A DNA stretch of 64,000 bases from the human T2T-CHM13v2.0 reference genome, Homo sapiens. Below, one piece after another: positions 15,331 to 29,468 of the stretch. Under the pieces are notes generated by a model. It was not told the DNA's origin, searched no databases, and saw only the letters and a list, made by a program, of their open reading frames with translations. The stretch lies in NCBI RefSeq assembly GCF_009914755.1, contig NC_060929.1, one strand, 5' to 3'. A program made the translations under genes and the position numbers. Numbering within the stretch: position 1 is the stretch's first letter; every line of letters begins with the position of its first letter.

Positions 15331-16168
15331 ATGTAATTTAATTTTTTAAAAAAGAAGTGAGAGAATTAAATTTAAAAAATTAGAAAAATACCCATTCATT
15401 CGTTCTTCAATTCTCTATTGTGAACTTGGAGTGTGCTAGGCAACATAATAAGTATTAGGAACAAATTAGTGAAGAAAACAGACATAGGTTCCAAAGCCAG
15501 GATATATTTTCCTGGACTGCTCTCCTGATTTTGTTTCATCCACATCCTAGTCCCCTTTTTGTCAGGAGAGGGTATAATTGATAGTTGTTGTGAGAAAGAA
15601 TGAGGGGAAAGTTTACAGGATATAAACTTACCACTTAGGTAAGCCATATGTGGAAAAAATTAAGAGCTCACCCTTCTTTCATTTTCTTTTTGCTTTTACT
15701 TTTACAAGAGATGAAAGAGTTAATCGTTCCTCTTGGTTTCCAGCTGATGACTGTAATGCCGGGATAAACCAGCTGATTTTTCATGAACTGTATCCAGCCT
15801 GCAGATGTGTTATATGTAATCTATGCATTTTTTCCCAAATGAACCAACATTTTAAAAATTGCAAGATTGCACACAGAAACCTAGAATCCTGGCTTCTCTT
15901 CAAAAATTATAACTGGCAGTACTGAACTCACAGTTCAAGGAGGTCAGCATTGACTAGCATGGTCGAGCAGCAGCACCCATCTGCTTGAATATTTATGCTT
16001 CTCAGGGACACCATCCCTGATTCACCACTGTCTGCCCCACGTATACCATGCATCTGGCCCACTGCACACCCTTCTCATCACCAGAAAACACATTCCCAAA
16101 TACAGCACCCAAACCTGCCTTCCTGTCAGCTCTCTTTGATACCTAACTGTCTCCATTCCTCCCACTAG

Positions 16169-16402
<234 letters not shown>

Positions 16403-18448
16403 TAAAACACAGCTATTCTAAAGAAAAGGAAGAAAATGCCTGAAGTTCAGAACAACCACTGCATTGTTGGTGTTGGTGGTTCTTAGCATACATTGAAGCT
16501 CATATAAAAAAAAAATGATATGGAACAGTCATTTCTTGTAGTGTAAAAGCTGTATTTTCTCCTTAGCAATTTTGCTGAAAAAGGAGAGCTGGTGATTTTC
16601 TGTGTATGGGAAAGGGACTTGAAATACACAAGGATGAAACTGAACCATGTTAATGGTCTCCTGGAAACACTCCCCTCTTGCCCTGATTTTCTGGATTTCT
16701 TCCTTTGCTCTCTGCACACATTGTATGAGAGCCTGGGGTATGTGGACCCTAAAAATGTTTCTCAGTACTTCTGATACTACCTTCTTGCTTCTCAGCATTT
16801 CATTCATCAATTATGTTTGCACTTAAGAATAGTTAAAGGGCAGGGATAGAAAATGGCCACGCCAACTCCAATCAATTGGCTATACAAAAGCTTCTGAGGC
16901 TGAATCCAGATACAACAGAGAGAAGCATAAATATTCAATTAGTGATATGTCTGCTGTGGAAGCAGCATGAGACAGTGGTACATGTGGGTGTATATTTAAC
17001 ATGCCTGGTTTAGAAGATTTTGGGGACTTGCCCTCAGCTTTATTGCTCTTGGGGCTCCTGTAGATCTCTAAAGCACCTCAAGCCCAGGCTATGATTCTCA
17101 AACTGCCAAGGAATAGCACTATATTTTTGTTCTGATGCCTCCTGCTAGAGAAGCTGTATTTCCGAAGGGACAGGGAGAGGATGGCCGTGCTTGCTGCAAA
17201 GGAATAACAAAGCATTGGCCACAATGACAAACCAGCACAGCAAGATTATTTGGCACAAATGTCCCTCAGGACCCACCCTCCCCAACAAATGGAGTTGCCT
17301 GCCTAAGACCAGCTTTACTTTTAAGACGACATTCAGCAGAAGATGAATTTGGGCTCCTTGGGGAGAAGAGGAGCATTTCTGAATGAGAGAGAAATGTACA
17401 GCAAAATGTACAACTATTCCCACTTGTTTGCCAACCACACGTGCACAGCTCTAGCAACTTTCACAACCAGGAGAAAGAGATGCTGAAGGAACCTCACCAG
17501 CTGTTCCTCAGCCCTGATGAGTGCCTTTCTGTAGAGAAGAATATGTAGGTCTGTCCTTTGAAATGAAGCTAAGCAGGATTTCTACTAGCTACATGAGGAA
17601 CATGCTAAGGAGGACCTCCAGCTGCCATTTCTGCCCTCCCCTGGTCCCTGTGCAGGGTGGCTCCCAAGTCACTAGGCAGCAACAACAGACACCAGGCAGC
17701 TTGCAGGGGAAAATTGCCAAATGGACAGTGCCTGCGCCTCCCTTTCTACCCCCACCTCAGCTTATTTAAAATGCTCTTCCAGACTCCACAGTCGAGACAG
17801 ATTCTGTTTGCAATGTGAGGCTGGTTTCAAAAGGTCCCAGAGATTTGTCCTCAGCTTCACAACCCTTCCAACTCCCTTGCCTCTCCCATCTTAATGACGT
17901 CCTGAAAGGATAGTCTGATGCCACCATGACAGTGATGAAGCCTGGGAGGCAGTTCAGGGTGGCAGGAAGGACTCTGTACTGGGAGGCAGGAGAGCTGGAC
18001 TCCACGTCCAGCTGGGCCCCTGGCTCTCTGGATGACCTTGAAACATTCACTTAGCTCTCCTGCTGCCTTCCCTTTCCTTCCCCATGAAAATGAAGGGGGT
18101 GGAGAGAGGACCTCAAGTCTCAACTGGCTCTGAAAATTCAAACAGTCTAATTTTTTTTCTTATGGTCTAACCCATGTCCTTCTGGTTGTAGTGTATACTT
18201 AGCACACTGCTTCTGCCCTCAGTAGGGTTTGAAAGGAAGCAGTTTCCATAGTCAAAAGAACAATGACCTCTTTTATTTTGTCTTGGAGCCAAGATATGTG
18301 TGTGCCTGCCCTTCATCAGCTGTTCTTTGAGGATCTATGGTGTGCCCTGGCTTGGAGCCAAGCACTGAGGACAATAAAAGAAAGCAAGGCCTGCGCTCAA
18401 GGAACTCCTGGCAGTGTCTATGGAGAAAAAGAGAGGAACAACTATCCC

Positions 18449-18483
18449 AAATAAATAAATAAATAAACAAACAAACAAATAAA
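18449..18483 (+). repeat. (AAAT)n(AAAC)n simple repeat
   Basis: aaataaataaataaataaacaaacaaacaaataaa. Confidence 0.8.
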
Positions 18484-20143
18484 CCAGAACATTCTGACCT
18501 TAAGATCAGAGGTTCAAATCGATTCATTTTCCAATCTTTGTTAAGCACCTAGAATGAAAAAGATTTTGTTGAAAGACACCTTAGAGATTACTGACTCTTC
18601 TTTTCCCTCACTTTATAATGAAACAGCAAATCCAGAGTGGGCAGTGACTCACCCAGGGTCACACAGCAGCTTAGTGGCGGAGGCTGGACCAGATCCCAGT
18701 CCAGGGCTCCTCTTCCCCCAGTTAGGTCTGTGCTATGGGCCCAGGGGCCCTTGCTTATAAGCATTGACCTCTGGAGCCTTCCATCCATAGTCAGGACTAC
18801 TCTTCAGCAATGGCTTTTTCTAGACCCATCTCTTGAAATAGCCATGCCACCAGGGAGCTGGGTAAATCCTGATGGTATCCAGTCTTAGAAACCTGAGGCT
18901 TGGAGGCTCAGGTCTCTACTGCCTTCACCTCTGGCCTTCAGGTCACATAGTGGGAGAGAACCTGTGGTTTAGCTTGTGTTAGACCTGGGTTGTCTATAAG
19001 TTAGGCCAAGAGGTCCAGCACAGCCTACCTGGAGGGCAAGCATGCTAGGGAGTTAAATTCTGAAAATAATATGTATGGTGTGTTAAAGGCTTAGTATACA
19101 CAAAGCTCTAAACATTTACACATATTATATCATTGGATCTTTGATATAACACCTTGAGGTAGGTAGTTTTATTAACCGTGGTTTGTAAATGGAGAAGCCG
19201 AGCTTCAGACAGGTTATAAAACTTCCCAAAGTTATACAGCTAGCTAGTGGTAAAGTTGGGACTCCAAACCACATTTAGATGATGCCTCCCTCTGTATGCT
19301 TCACTGCTCTGAAACCTCAAGGGCACGGCCAAACAGGGAAGACACAAGAGCTATGGCCCAGCCCCCAGCAGCACATGGCCTTGGGTAATATCTGTGCACC
19401 CCCTCCCCCTTCACTCCGCTGTAATTTCCCTAGCAGCAGAATGAAGATAATCAGCTGCCTGCCTGCCCCCTGCTTGCCATCTAGGGAGTCATTCAGAATA
19501 TTAATGAACCCACATCCTGGAGGCCCTCAGCACTCCAGGAAGGATGCTCATATGTCGCCTTCTGGACGGTGGAGAAGACTCAACTCCCCAAGTCGGGTTC
19601 TTAACATAGGGGAGGTAATAGGCATTTGAGAATATGATTTTTTAAAAGAAATCTGTAGATTCTTTTGCTTAGAAAAATGCATATGTGTACATACATAATT
19701 TCTGCATGACCAGGAGTAGAGAGAACATACATACTCCTAGAATCCATCCCAGGGCCTCAAATTTAGAATACCTCCCCTAAATAGTAATCATCCCTCTTGG
19801 TCTTTGTTTTTGCAACCTGCCAGCCAACAATCAAGCATATGGAAGTGAAGGTATGCTCAGAACTTTGCTAGATGGGGTCTGGGGTTGGGTGGGCAATGGA
19901 GTTTAAGACGCAGTCCTGCCTTTAAGGGCTAACACAGGTGGGCTTATGGTGCTGTGGATGATCAGAGCAGAATGCCATCACTGAGGAATGCAGACATCAG
20001 CAAGGCTTTCTGTAGGAATGTGACTGGCCTTTCAATAGGATGACCACTTTATTATCCAAAATCTATCATCCAAACGGGAACACTTAGGAGTGAAAGGAAA
20101 AACTACTATCAATTATTCCAGAACAAGAGTACCAGAACTCTCC

Positions 20144-20561
20144 TGCGTTAGTCCATGTGCATTGTTATAAAGAAATACCTGAAACTGGATAATGTATAAA
20201 GAAAAAGGTTTCATTTTAGCTAATAGTTTTGTAGGCTGCACACGAAGTACACTGCCAGCATCTATTTTTGGTGAGGGCCTCAGGAAGCTTCCAATCATGG
20301 CAGAGTGTAAAGGAAGAGACAGTATGTCACGTAGTAAGAGAAGGAGCGTGATAGATAAGGGAGGAAGTGACAGGCTCTTTTACACAACCAGCTCTCATGA
20401 GAACTGAGTAAGAACTTATTCATTACCATGGGGAGGGCGCCAAGCCATTCAGGAAAGTTCCGCCGCCATGATGCAAAAACCTCCCACCAGGCACCACCTC
20501 CAACGTCCAGGGTCATATTTTAACATGAGACTTGGAAGGGACAAATATCCAAACTATATCA
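20144..20561 (-). mobile_element. MSTB-like MaLR solo LTR
   Basis: Reverse strand begins TGATATAGTTTGGATATTTGTCCCTTCCAAGTCTCATG; internal ggtgagggcctcaggaagcttccaatcatggcag; TG...CA termini. Confidence 0.85.
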
Positions 20562-20928
20562 CGTCCCAGGCAAACTGAGATGGGTGGTAATGGAACCGTT
20601 AAATGTATGGTAAATTTGAACATGGAGTAAATTGGGTTTTGGAGGTTCTGGATGGGGATGTCAATGATACCCAGCAAGAGACGAGGTAGGGTGAGGGTAC
20701 AAGAAAGGACTTGCACATGTCACATTGGCCTGTTAAGGAATTAGGGATAGAAGAGCTGGGTTCCAACCGTGGCTCCACGCAGAACTATCTGGGGGATCTT
20801 GGACTAATTGCTTGCCTTTTCCAGATCTGGATTTTTCCTGTCTGCTAAACAGACATAATCCTCCTAGTGCTGCCTCCCTGACTGGCTTGTCACAGGGCTC
20901 AGAATTTTAAGAAAGCATCGTGCTTGTG

Positions 20929-21225
20929 GGCCAAGCATCGTGGTTCATACCTGTAATCCCAGCACTTTGGGAGGCTGAGGTGGGCAGATCACGAGGTAAG
21001 GAGTTTGAGACCAACCTGGCCAACATAGTGAAACCCTGTCTCTACTAAAAATACAAAAAGTTAGCGGGATGTGTAGCAGGCACCTGTAATTCCAGCTACC
21101 TGGGAGGCTGAGACAGGAGAATCACTTGAACGCAGGAGGCAGAGGTTACAGTGAGCCGAGGTTGTGCCACTGCATACCACACCAGCCTGGGTGACAGTGT
21201 GAGACTATGTCAAAAAAAAAAAAAA
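20929..21225 (+). mobile_element. AluS (Sg/Sc-like), full length
   Basis: Two-arm Alu with A tail; degenerate TSD AAAGCATCRTGCWTGTG on both sides. Confidence 0.9.
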
Positions 21226-21549
21226 GCATCATGCATGTGTTTCTTTGAACTTCAGGGAAGCTGCATGAGACAGTCAGAGCCAAGATTATTCTTCCCATGA
21301 CTCAGGTAGGAAAGTGAAGCTTAGGAGGGTTCTGAGATTTGCTCTGGCCAGAGTACCTAGAATGTGACCCAGCAAGGACCTAGTCTACAGGCCTCACAGC
21401 CAGTGAGCATCCAGGAGGAAGGATCCACCTGAGGGCAACTGCAAAGGGGATACAGGAGCCCTGCGTCCAGTTTGACTGCTCGGCTGTCTCCTTCAGGACT
21501 GCCTTTCAGGATCCAATGAGGGCAGGGGAGAGCAGTCACTGTTGACACC

Positions 21550-22025
21550 TGACAAAGATTCTTTGCTTGACCAAACTTTAGTCAGGCTTCTGAACCTTCT
21601 CCTAGGCCCATCTGTGCAATTCTTGTGAAATCCAGTTTTGGCAAAGAACTTGCTAAGTCGGTTTAGCAAGAACCCTGTCCACCACGTCCACCCTCTTTGC
21701 CATGATCATCTTCTTCAGCCCCCACCATCCCCCAGATTATGTCGGATCATCCTCGTCCATCTTCAGCAAGAATCCTCTTAGGCCATTTTAGCCAGAATTC
21801 CTCTTAACCCCGATGCTTGCTGTTAGCAATTTCCTATCCACTGACCCCCACCCTGCTCCTTGGCTATATATTCCCACGGGCCCATGCTCTATTCAGAGTT
21901 GAGCCCAATCTCTCTCCACCTCTGCAAGACCCATTGCAGGGGTCTCTATACCTATTGCTACGATTCTGAATAAAGTCTTCTTCACTGTGCTTTAACAAGT
22001 GTGCTGATTAATTTTTTCTTTAACA
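21550..22025 (+). mobile_element. MER31-like ERV1 solo LTR
   Basis: TGACAAAGATTCTTTGCTTGACCAAACTTTAGTCAGGC...AATAAA (21969-21974)...TTTAACA; TG/CA termini; flanks cacc/cagc. Confidence 0.75.
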
Positions 22026-24125
22026 CAGCTGAAGTAATAGAGACATTAACCCGCATTCTCTCAGCACCAAGCAGGAAAGGAAATATATGCTTCAGCCTCC
22101 CATCAGCAGCAGACTCTGAGCTGGCACCCAGTACCCTTTACAGGAAGCCCAAGGTTAATTCTCCATCTTTCATGGAGGGAGTTGAGGGCGCCAGGATGGC
22201 GACAGAAGTTCCGGGAGCAGGAACCAAGAAGAAGTGCCTGGGCTCCATCAATCTGACCTCAGACACCCTGGGATGGGGGGAGAGAGGGATAAGTGCCCAG
22301 ATCCCAGAGCTCAGACCTGATGGATGGGGACAGTGGTTTCAAGATACACATTTCTGAGAAGCTTCTTCCTCTGTCTCTGAGTCCTGACTCTCCTTGATAA
22401 ATGGTTTGGGGCTGAGCCATTCTCTTGAACTCTCCTTGCTCTGCCATCATGGAATGGTGTTTCTGGGATGTCTCTTTCGCATTCTCTGATACTTTGTTTT
22501 ATCTCAGTGCAAGTAAGACTTGGCTTCCCCAACTAGATACTAAGAGCCTTCAGTTACCCTTGACCTCTCAATGACTTACTGTGAATCCTGGAGTCAAGCG
22601 CCATCAGCTCTGAGTCTCAATAATCTCATCTGTGAAACAGGCAAAATAACGTCTGCTCTGGCTACTCACTGGGTTTCTGTGAACATGAAATAAGCAGCTT
22701 CTTGTGAGATCACCGTGACAGTGCAAGGGGTCCTTGGGTCACTAGAACTGTGCAGGTAGGACCCTTGACCTTATTGGAAACTGAGGAAGGCAGTAAAAGT
22801 GTCAGTGACATGATCCTTCTTTCTTCTGAAAGAGTCCCCTTGTCTTAGACAACCTACCAGCCCCAAGGCCTCAATTTTAGATTTTATTTTTCATAACTTT
22901 TACCCACTCTACACAGCACAGTAGTAGTAGTCGTCATTATCATCATTATTATCATCTAAATAATATAAACTATGCATTGAAAACTTATGTCCCAGACAAT
23001 GTGCTAAGTACTTCTTGGAGGAGGAAACTAAGAAGCAGATAGTTTGAGCAAGGAACCTATGGTCATACAGTTAGAATGAGCAGAGCACAACCTGGGAAAT
23101 GCCCAGCAGCAATAGCAGAAAGCAGGTAGAAAACACTACATTGCACATTTTTGTGTTGTCCTCCTGAAGCCTAGCACAATAGCACTGGCCTGTGTTTCGG
23201 CGAACACTTGGTACCTTAAGTGAAGATACCAGAAGTTACCAGAAGCTCCAGATTTTAGACCTGCCTCTGCCACTGGTTAGTCATAAGACTTGAGCAGATC
23301 ACTTTACTTCCCAGAATTTGGCATCTCCCATGTAAATAAAGATCATAATCTCTAAATGGCATACTTCAGGGGGTTCCTGTGACTAGAGATGAAATAATAT
23401 GTGTGCAAGTGTGTCATAAACATGAAGTTTTTAGAAAGTAATATTAGTATTAAGTATCACCATTAACAACAATAATAATAACAGCTGGCATTTTTTGAAT
23501 ACTCATCATGCACCAAGCATTGATCAAAAAATATCTCTTTTAATCCTTAGAACAACCTTAAGACATAGTTAACTCTAATTGGTTCCATTAAACAAATGAG
23601 AAACTTAGTCATAGAGAGATTATGTACTCTGCCATACTAATATGCCATGCTGATTATTAGTATGAAAATTGAGACTGGGGCTGAAAAGTAGATGCCTGTT
23701 TGGATAATTAATGACACTTTCAGTTTGGGCAAATCAGTCTACCAGTCTACCATCTGCACATCTATCCAAGTCTGTTTCTTTGGAATGAGTCACTTACATG
23801 GTACCCACCAAACTAACACTATCTTGAACTGGAAATAAGGGAACACTAAAGATTGGCAAGAGATTACTGAGGTGATAAGAAGGTGAAGTTGCTGATGGAC
23901 TGGAATTGCTCCTTTCTTTTATTCTTTGTAGTAGAATCTGTACTTTGTTTTCTCTCTGAAAAGCAAAGATAGCCCAGACATTTATGGAGCTGGGGATTTC
24001 TCCTGATTTCATCTAAGAAAGTAAAGAGCATGTTGTAAAATTTGCTCAGTGCTCTGGGCCTGTTGTGACCTCCTCACTGAGACTTCAAACCAGAAGGTGA
24101 CAAGAGGGTCAACCTCGAAACAGGA

Positions 24126-24180
24126 ACACACACACATGCACACACACACGCATTCTCTCTCTCACTCTCAAACACACACA
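24126..24180 (+). repeat. Compound (CA)n/(CT)n microsatellite
   Basis: acacacacacatgcacacacacacgcattctctctctcactctcaaacacacaca. Confidence 0.8.
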
Positions 24181-25366
24181 ACCCCCAACTCTTCTTATAC
24201 GTTCTAACAACAGAGGAGCTAGCCACTGTCAGAAAAAAATATAAAACTCTGCAAAGCTTCCTTTTAAGCCATTTGAAGGAGGGAAATAAACAGTGCTGGG
24301 TCACAGGGTTGGATTTGTATTTGTAACAAGTAGACACCTCACCTCACTGGCCTTAGGCAAGAGGGATCTGAGGACACATGGTGGATCACTATTAGGGAAT
24401 GTGGTTGCTTGTACCTGAGCTGATGATACACAGCTAGACTCAGACTCAGTTTGAGAGTGGTCTTGGATGACATTTATCAGTCACCTACAGAGCAGCAAGC
24501 TCAACCTTAAATATCTTGGATCTCCATGGTCACCATTTGACTTTTGATATGAATTTGAAGATAGAAGGCCATGAAAGTTTGATTTTGCCCATTTGTGGAG
24601 AAGTCTCATGCGGCATATTTGAGGGTTCCAATACAATTTTATTTTAGCCAACTGAGATTTCTTTAACACCTTGCATTCTCTTATCTGAACACAATGGGTT
24701 CTCCCTAGGTGCTTTGAAGTTTTCACACCACTTTCACATTAGCAGTTATCATTTAAGATAAAAAAAGGGCAGAGATTTTTGGAAACTGAAGGCTTAGAGA
24801 GCTAAATTGCCTGAGGGCACTTGGCTATTAAGGATTAAGCTGGGGTTAAATCCAAGTCTTTCAATTGCCAAGTATTTTATTCCCTGGACTCAGGAATAAA
24901 GAAGAAATTCTTAAAGGAATTAAGAAGCCATCTCCAAGCATAGCTTAAGGCTTCATTCATAAAGCTGGCTTCTTGTCCTGGGTCTTCTGACTCATTAGTG
25001 ATGGTGCACCATTTTCTTTCCTTTGCAGGCCCCCCATACTTTCTTCATCTTCAGATGTGTATCTGAGAAGGGCAGTGGTCATAGTGGTTGTGTGATGGGA
25101 GGTGTTTGGTTAGGGATGGTGCAGACATTTCACATTAGTATGCACTCTGACCCATTGTTAGTATTTGCCTAAAGAAATAGGTAAAAACAATTGTCAGGAT
25201 GAATCCCAATTTAGGGAAAAGAGATCTGTAATGCATCCCTTGCCTGTGGCAAGGGAGTGAAGAGTTTTAGCATTCAGGATACTCCAAGACATCATTCCAT
25301 GGAACACTCTTGGGTTCTGAATTTCTACTTCAGTGGAAAAAGCAAACACACATAAAGTACATCTGA

Positions 25367-25606
<240 letters not shown>

Positions 25607-26690
25607 TGAAGAAACTCAGACAACACAGATTCTAGACTTGGCTCTGCCACTAACCAGCTGGGACATTGGGCAAGTCTCGTTCTTCCTCTGAGAATCCATT
25701 CATTCATTTGCAAAATTAAGTTTAAAAAAATCTCTACATTTGTCCCAGGATGCTTGTGAAAATCCAAGGTAGAGGAAAGCACTTCTAAAACATAAAGTAA
25801 TTGATGTGTATAAAATGCCACTCCCATTCCTGAGGGTTTCTAAACTAAGAACTTGAGAATGATGATTATTGATGAGGTTAACTATCTCTTCCTAATCGAT
25901 AGTTGGTCATATCCACTCTATTATTTATACAAAAGTAAGGGTGAAAATATATATGTTTACATATATGTATAATGTATAATATGTTTGCATATGAAAATTC
26001 TTAGAATAGCATTCAAATCCTTGGAATAACATTTCGAATTCTACCAGAACCTATGTGCCCGGGCCTCTGCCGATTTCTTCACCCTTAACCCTTGATACTT
26101 CCTTCATCTCTCCACTCCAGTCATTCTGTTTGTCTTTCACCTCCCTGAATACACCATGTTCTTTCTCATCATTGAGCCTTCATACATGTTTCCTCTGCCT
26201 GGGACTTCCTCCCCCCATCTCCCTCCTCTTGCCTGCCAATCCCTCCTCAGCCTTCCACACTCAAAGTAAATGTCATTCCCCAACGAAGCCTTCTCTGGCC
26301 TTTCTTATTATGCTTCATGGAAGCCTCTACTTCTCTGCTCATGGCCTTCATCACATTGCTAATTCCATTTGGTGGCGTAGCATAATGACTGGGAGGCATT
26401 GTACAGCATGGCGTAGAGCTGGTAGGGTGCCATGGATCAGAATGCTGGCTCTGGAATCCTCAACACTGAATCCTGGCTTCACCACTTACTAGTCTGGGGT
26501 TCCGGATAATTTATTTGAGCTCTTTGTTCCTTAATTCTCTTATCTAGTAAGTGGGGATCACCTTAACCATGCCAACCTCATAGGGTCATTGAGAGGATTA
26601 AATGATCTAAGAGTGTGCAGAAGTTCTAAGTACTGGAACTGGCCCATTGAAAGTTGGGTCTTAATCTCTCAGACTTAATGCTCTCTATGC

Positions 26691-26883
26691 CTGTGCTGTC
26701 AGATAACCTTGCCACTAGCCGTATGTGGCTGTTTAGGTTGAATTTTAAATAAATTCCAATTTAAAAATCAGTTCTTCAGTTGCACTATCTACATGTCAAG
26801 TGCTCAGTAGCCACATGTGGCTAGTGGCTACCACATCAGGCAGCACAGATGTAGAACATTTACATCACTGCAGAAAGTTCTAC
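26691..26883. mobile_element. MER3/MER33-like hAT DNA transposon fossil
   Basis: ctgtgctgtc...gccactagcc..tgtggct...caagtgctcagtagccacatgtggctagtggctacc...cagcacag, with internal inverted symmetry. Confidence 0.75.
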
Positions 26884-27001
26884 TTTAAAGTTCTCTTTGT
26901 CCACTCTCCGTCCTCACCTCCCTTAAACCTGTCTTCTCTGCTCTTATGTCTAGAACCGCATCTTCTACCTCACAGCCAATCTTATCTCATTCATTAAGGC
27001 T

Positions 27002-27340
27002 ATGTCAGTTGTCTATTGCTGCTGTACAAATTACCACAAACAGTGACTTAAAACAACACAGATTTATCATCTCACAATTCTGTAGGTCAGAAGTCTGACT
27101 TGAGTTTCACTGGACTAAAATCAAAGTGTTGGCAAGGTCATGTTTCTTCCTGGAGGCTCCAGAGTTAAGTTTGTTTCTTTGCCTTTTCCAGTTTCTTAAA
27201 GGCCACCTATATTCCTTGGCTCCCATGTTACCAAGCTTTCTCCATATTCAAAACCAGCAATGTTACCTCTCTCTGACCCTTCTTCTATCATCACATCTTC
27301 TCGCTAACCACAGCCTTCCAGAGCCCATCTCCCATCTCTG
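27002..27340. mobile_element. MLT1-type (MaLR) LTR
   Basis: ctattgctgctgtacaaattaccacaaa..gacttaaaacaacacagatttatcatctcacaattctgtaggtcagaagtc. Confidence 0.75.
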
Positions 27341-27766
27341 ACTGGAAGATCTCCTCCTTCAGGAATCAGCTACAGTAACCTGCCTTGACTTACAGCAGGT
27401 ACCAAATAAGGGCACCCTATTTGGCTATGAATGTAGCCACTGGGAACGTATCCACTTCTTCAGCAAACTTTTGGCATGTTGATTGTACACAGACACTCTT
27501 TCTGGGCTCAAAAACCCTTGAGAATGACATTTATCCAGAAATAGTCCAAGTCTGAGTTCATTTTTGTTGTCCCATGGTCTTCTGATTTTTGCTGCTGGAG
27601 AAGACATTTGCTAGGTCACTTAGCTCTTATAACTTTCAATTTCCACATCTGTAAAACGGGCACAGATCATGTCTGCATTAGCGCCTGATCACTGTTCAGT
27701 GAATGTTACCTGTGTTAGTGGTTATTAATAGCTATAGTAAATGTTGAAGAGTTAGCACACGGCTGA

Positions 27767-28194
<428 letters not shown>

Positions 28195-28368
28195 TTTTTT
28201 TTCTTTCTTTCTTTCTTTTTTGAGGCAGGGTCTCGCTCTCTTGCCCAGGCTGGAGTGCAGTGGTACTATCATAGCTCACTATAACCTCAAACTCCTGGGC
28301 TCAAGTGATCCACCCACCTCGGCCTCCCAAAGTGCTGGGATTACAAGCATGAGCCACTGTCCCCAGCC
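28195..28368 (-). mobile_element. Alu monomer (FRAM-like, or AluJ with internal arm-to-arm deletion)
   Basis: About 150-bp single arm with left-arm-like 5' part and right-arm 3' part; (TTTC)n tail. Confidence 0.8.
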
Positions 28369-29194
28369 CCTTTCTTTCAGATTCTGAGAACTGCTGGTAT
28401 CACCTCCTGCCTTGACAATGAAAACATAGATGCAGCATTTTTGTGTAAGGCCCAAGCAGGCAAGCCTATTGCTCCTAGATAGAAAATTGTTGACCATAGA
28501 CCTGGGCTTTTCCTCAGAATCCTCAGAATGGCCTTTTGCTCTCAGGGAAAAAAGAATATTGCTATTTCCTGGATAGAACAAATTGGCATTTCTACATTGT
28601 ATATGAGTAGTTATGTGTTTGCCATAATTAAAATATGGATGTCGAACTGTTTTCCCCAACTCTGGAGTAGTGGATTAGCTTAAAATATAGCCAGATTATT
28701 TTCTACACGTTAGTGGTCACTGGGTATATTGGGGTTATACTGAAGGTGCAACAAGTAAGAATAGAAGCCAGAGACTTCTATGCCATTTCTGCCATCATCC
28801 AGCTGTGTGGCCTTCAGCATGTCTCATAGTCTCTCTGGGTCTCTAAAATAAGTGAGAGACATTGGGCTGTGCAAACCTTAATTCCTCTCAGCTCTGACAC
28901 CTTGGATGTCAGTGCCATCTGCTGCATTTTTACCATCCTCTCCCTACTCACATTGTTCCTCTCCTGGCTGGACTTCGGCTTCCTCTGTGAAAGTAGAATT
29001 TCCACTGGGGCCTTCATCAATTGACAAACTGTCCTTTGGTATGAAATTCCCCAGTTGTTACTCCCAGAACCAGAGGCCCCAGCCCTTTGAGTTGACCCTA
29101 ACTATTGCCCAGAGACTGTTGGGAGGCTTTTTATCTCTTCAAGACTTGCTCTTCATCAAGAACTTCTCAGAAGTGGAGGCACTGTAGCAAGATT

Positions 29195-29392
29195 AATGGT
29201 TCTCAAGCCTCAGCAAATAGAAGAATTACTGGGAGGCCTTATTTAAAACGCAGATTCCTGGGTCCCAGCCCCTGGGTACTCTGCTTCTGGAGAACAGAGA
29301 TGAAGCCTAGGAATCTGCACCTTCTTGAATCCTCCTCTCCAACCCACAGATTTTCTGGTTGGTGCGTAAAGAGTTTGATAAGAATCACTGGC
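29195..29392. mobile_element. MER5A-like DNA transposon fossil
   Basis: tggttctcaa...gcagattcctgggtccc...aggaatctgca...gagtttgataagaatcactg. Confidence 0.65.
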
Positions 29393-29429
29393 AACTACTA
29401 AGGAAAGAAGATGGAAGTAAAAGGAATAC

Positions 29430-29468
29430 AAATAATATAATATAATATAATATAATTTATAATATAAT
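29430..29468 (+). repeat. (AATAT)n simple repeat
   Basis: aataatataatataatataatataatttataatataat. Confidence 0.8.

Noticed and set aside
22059-22080. TCAGCACC half-site suggesting RE1/REST
   Set aside because: The GGACAG right half is absent
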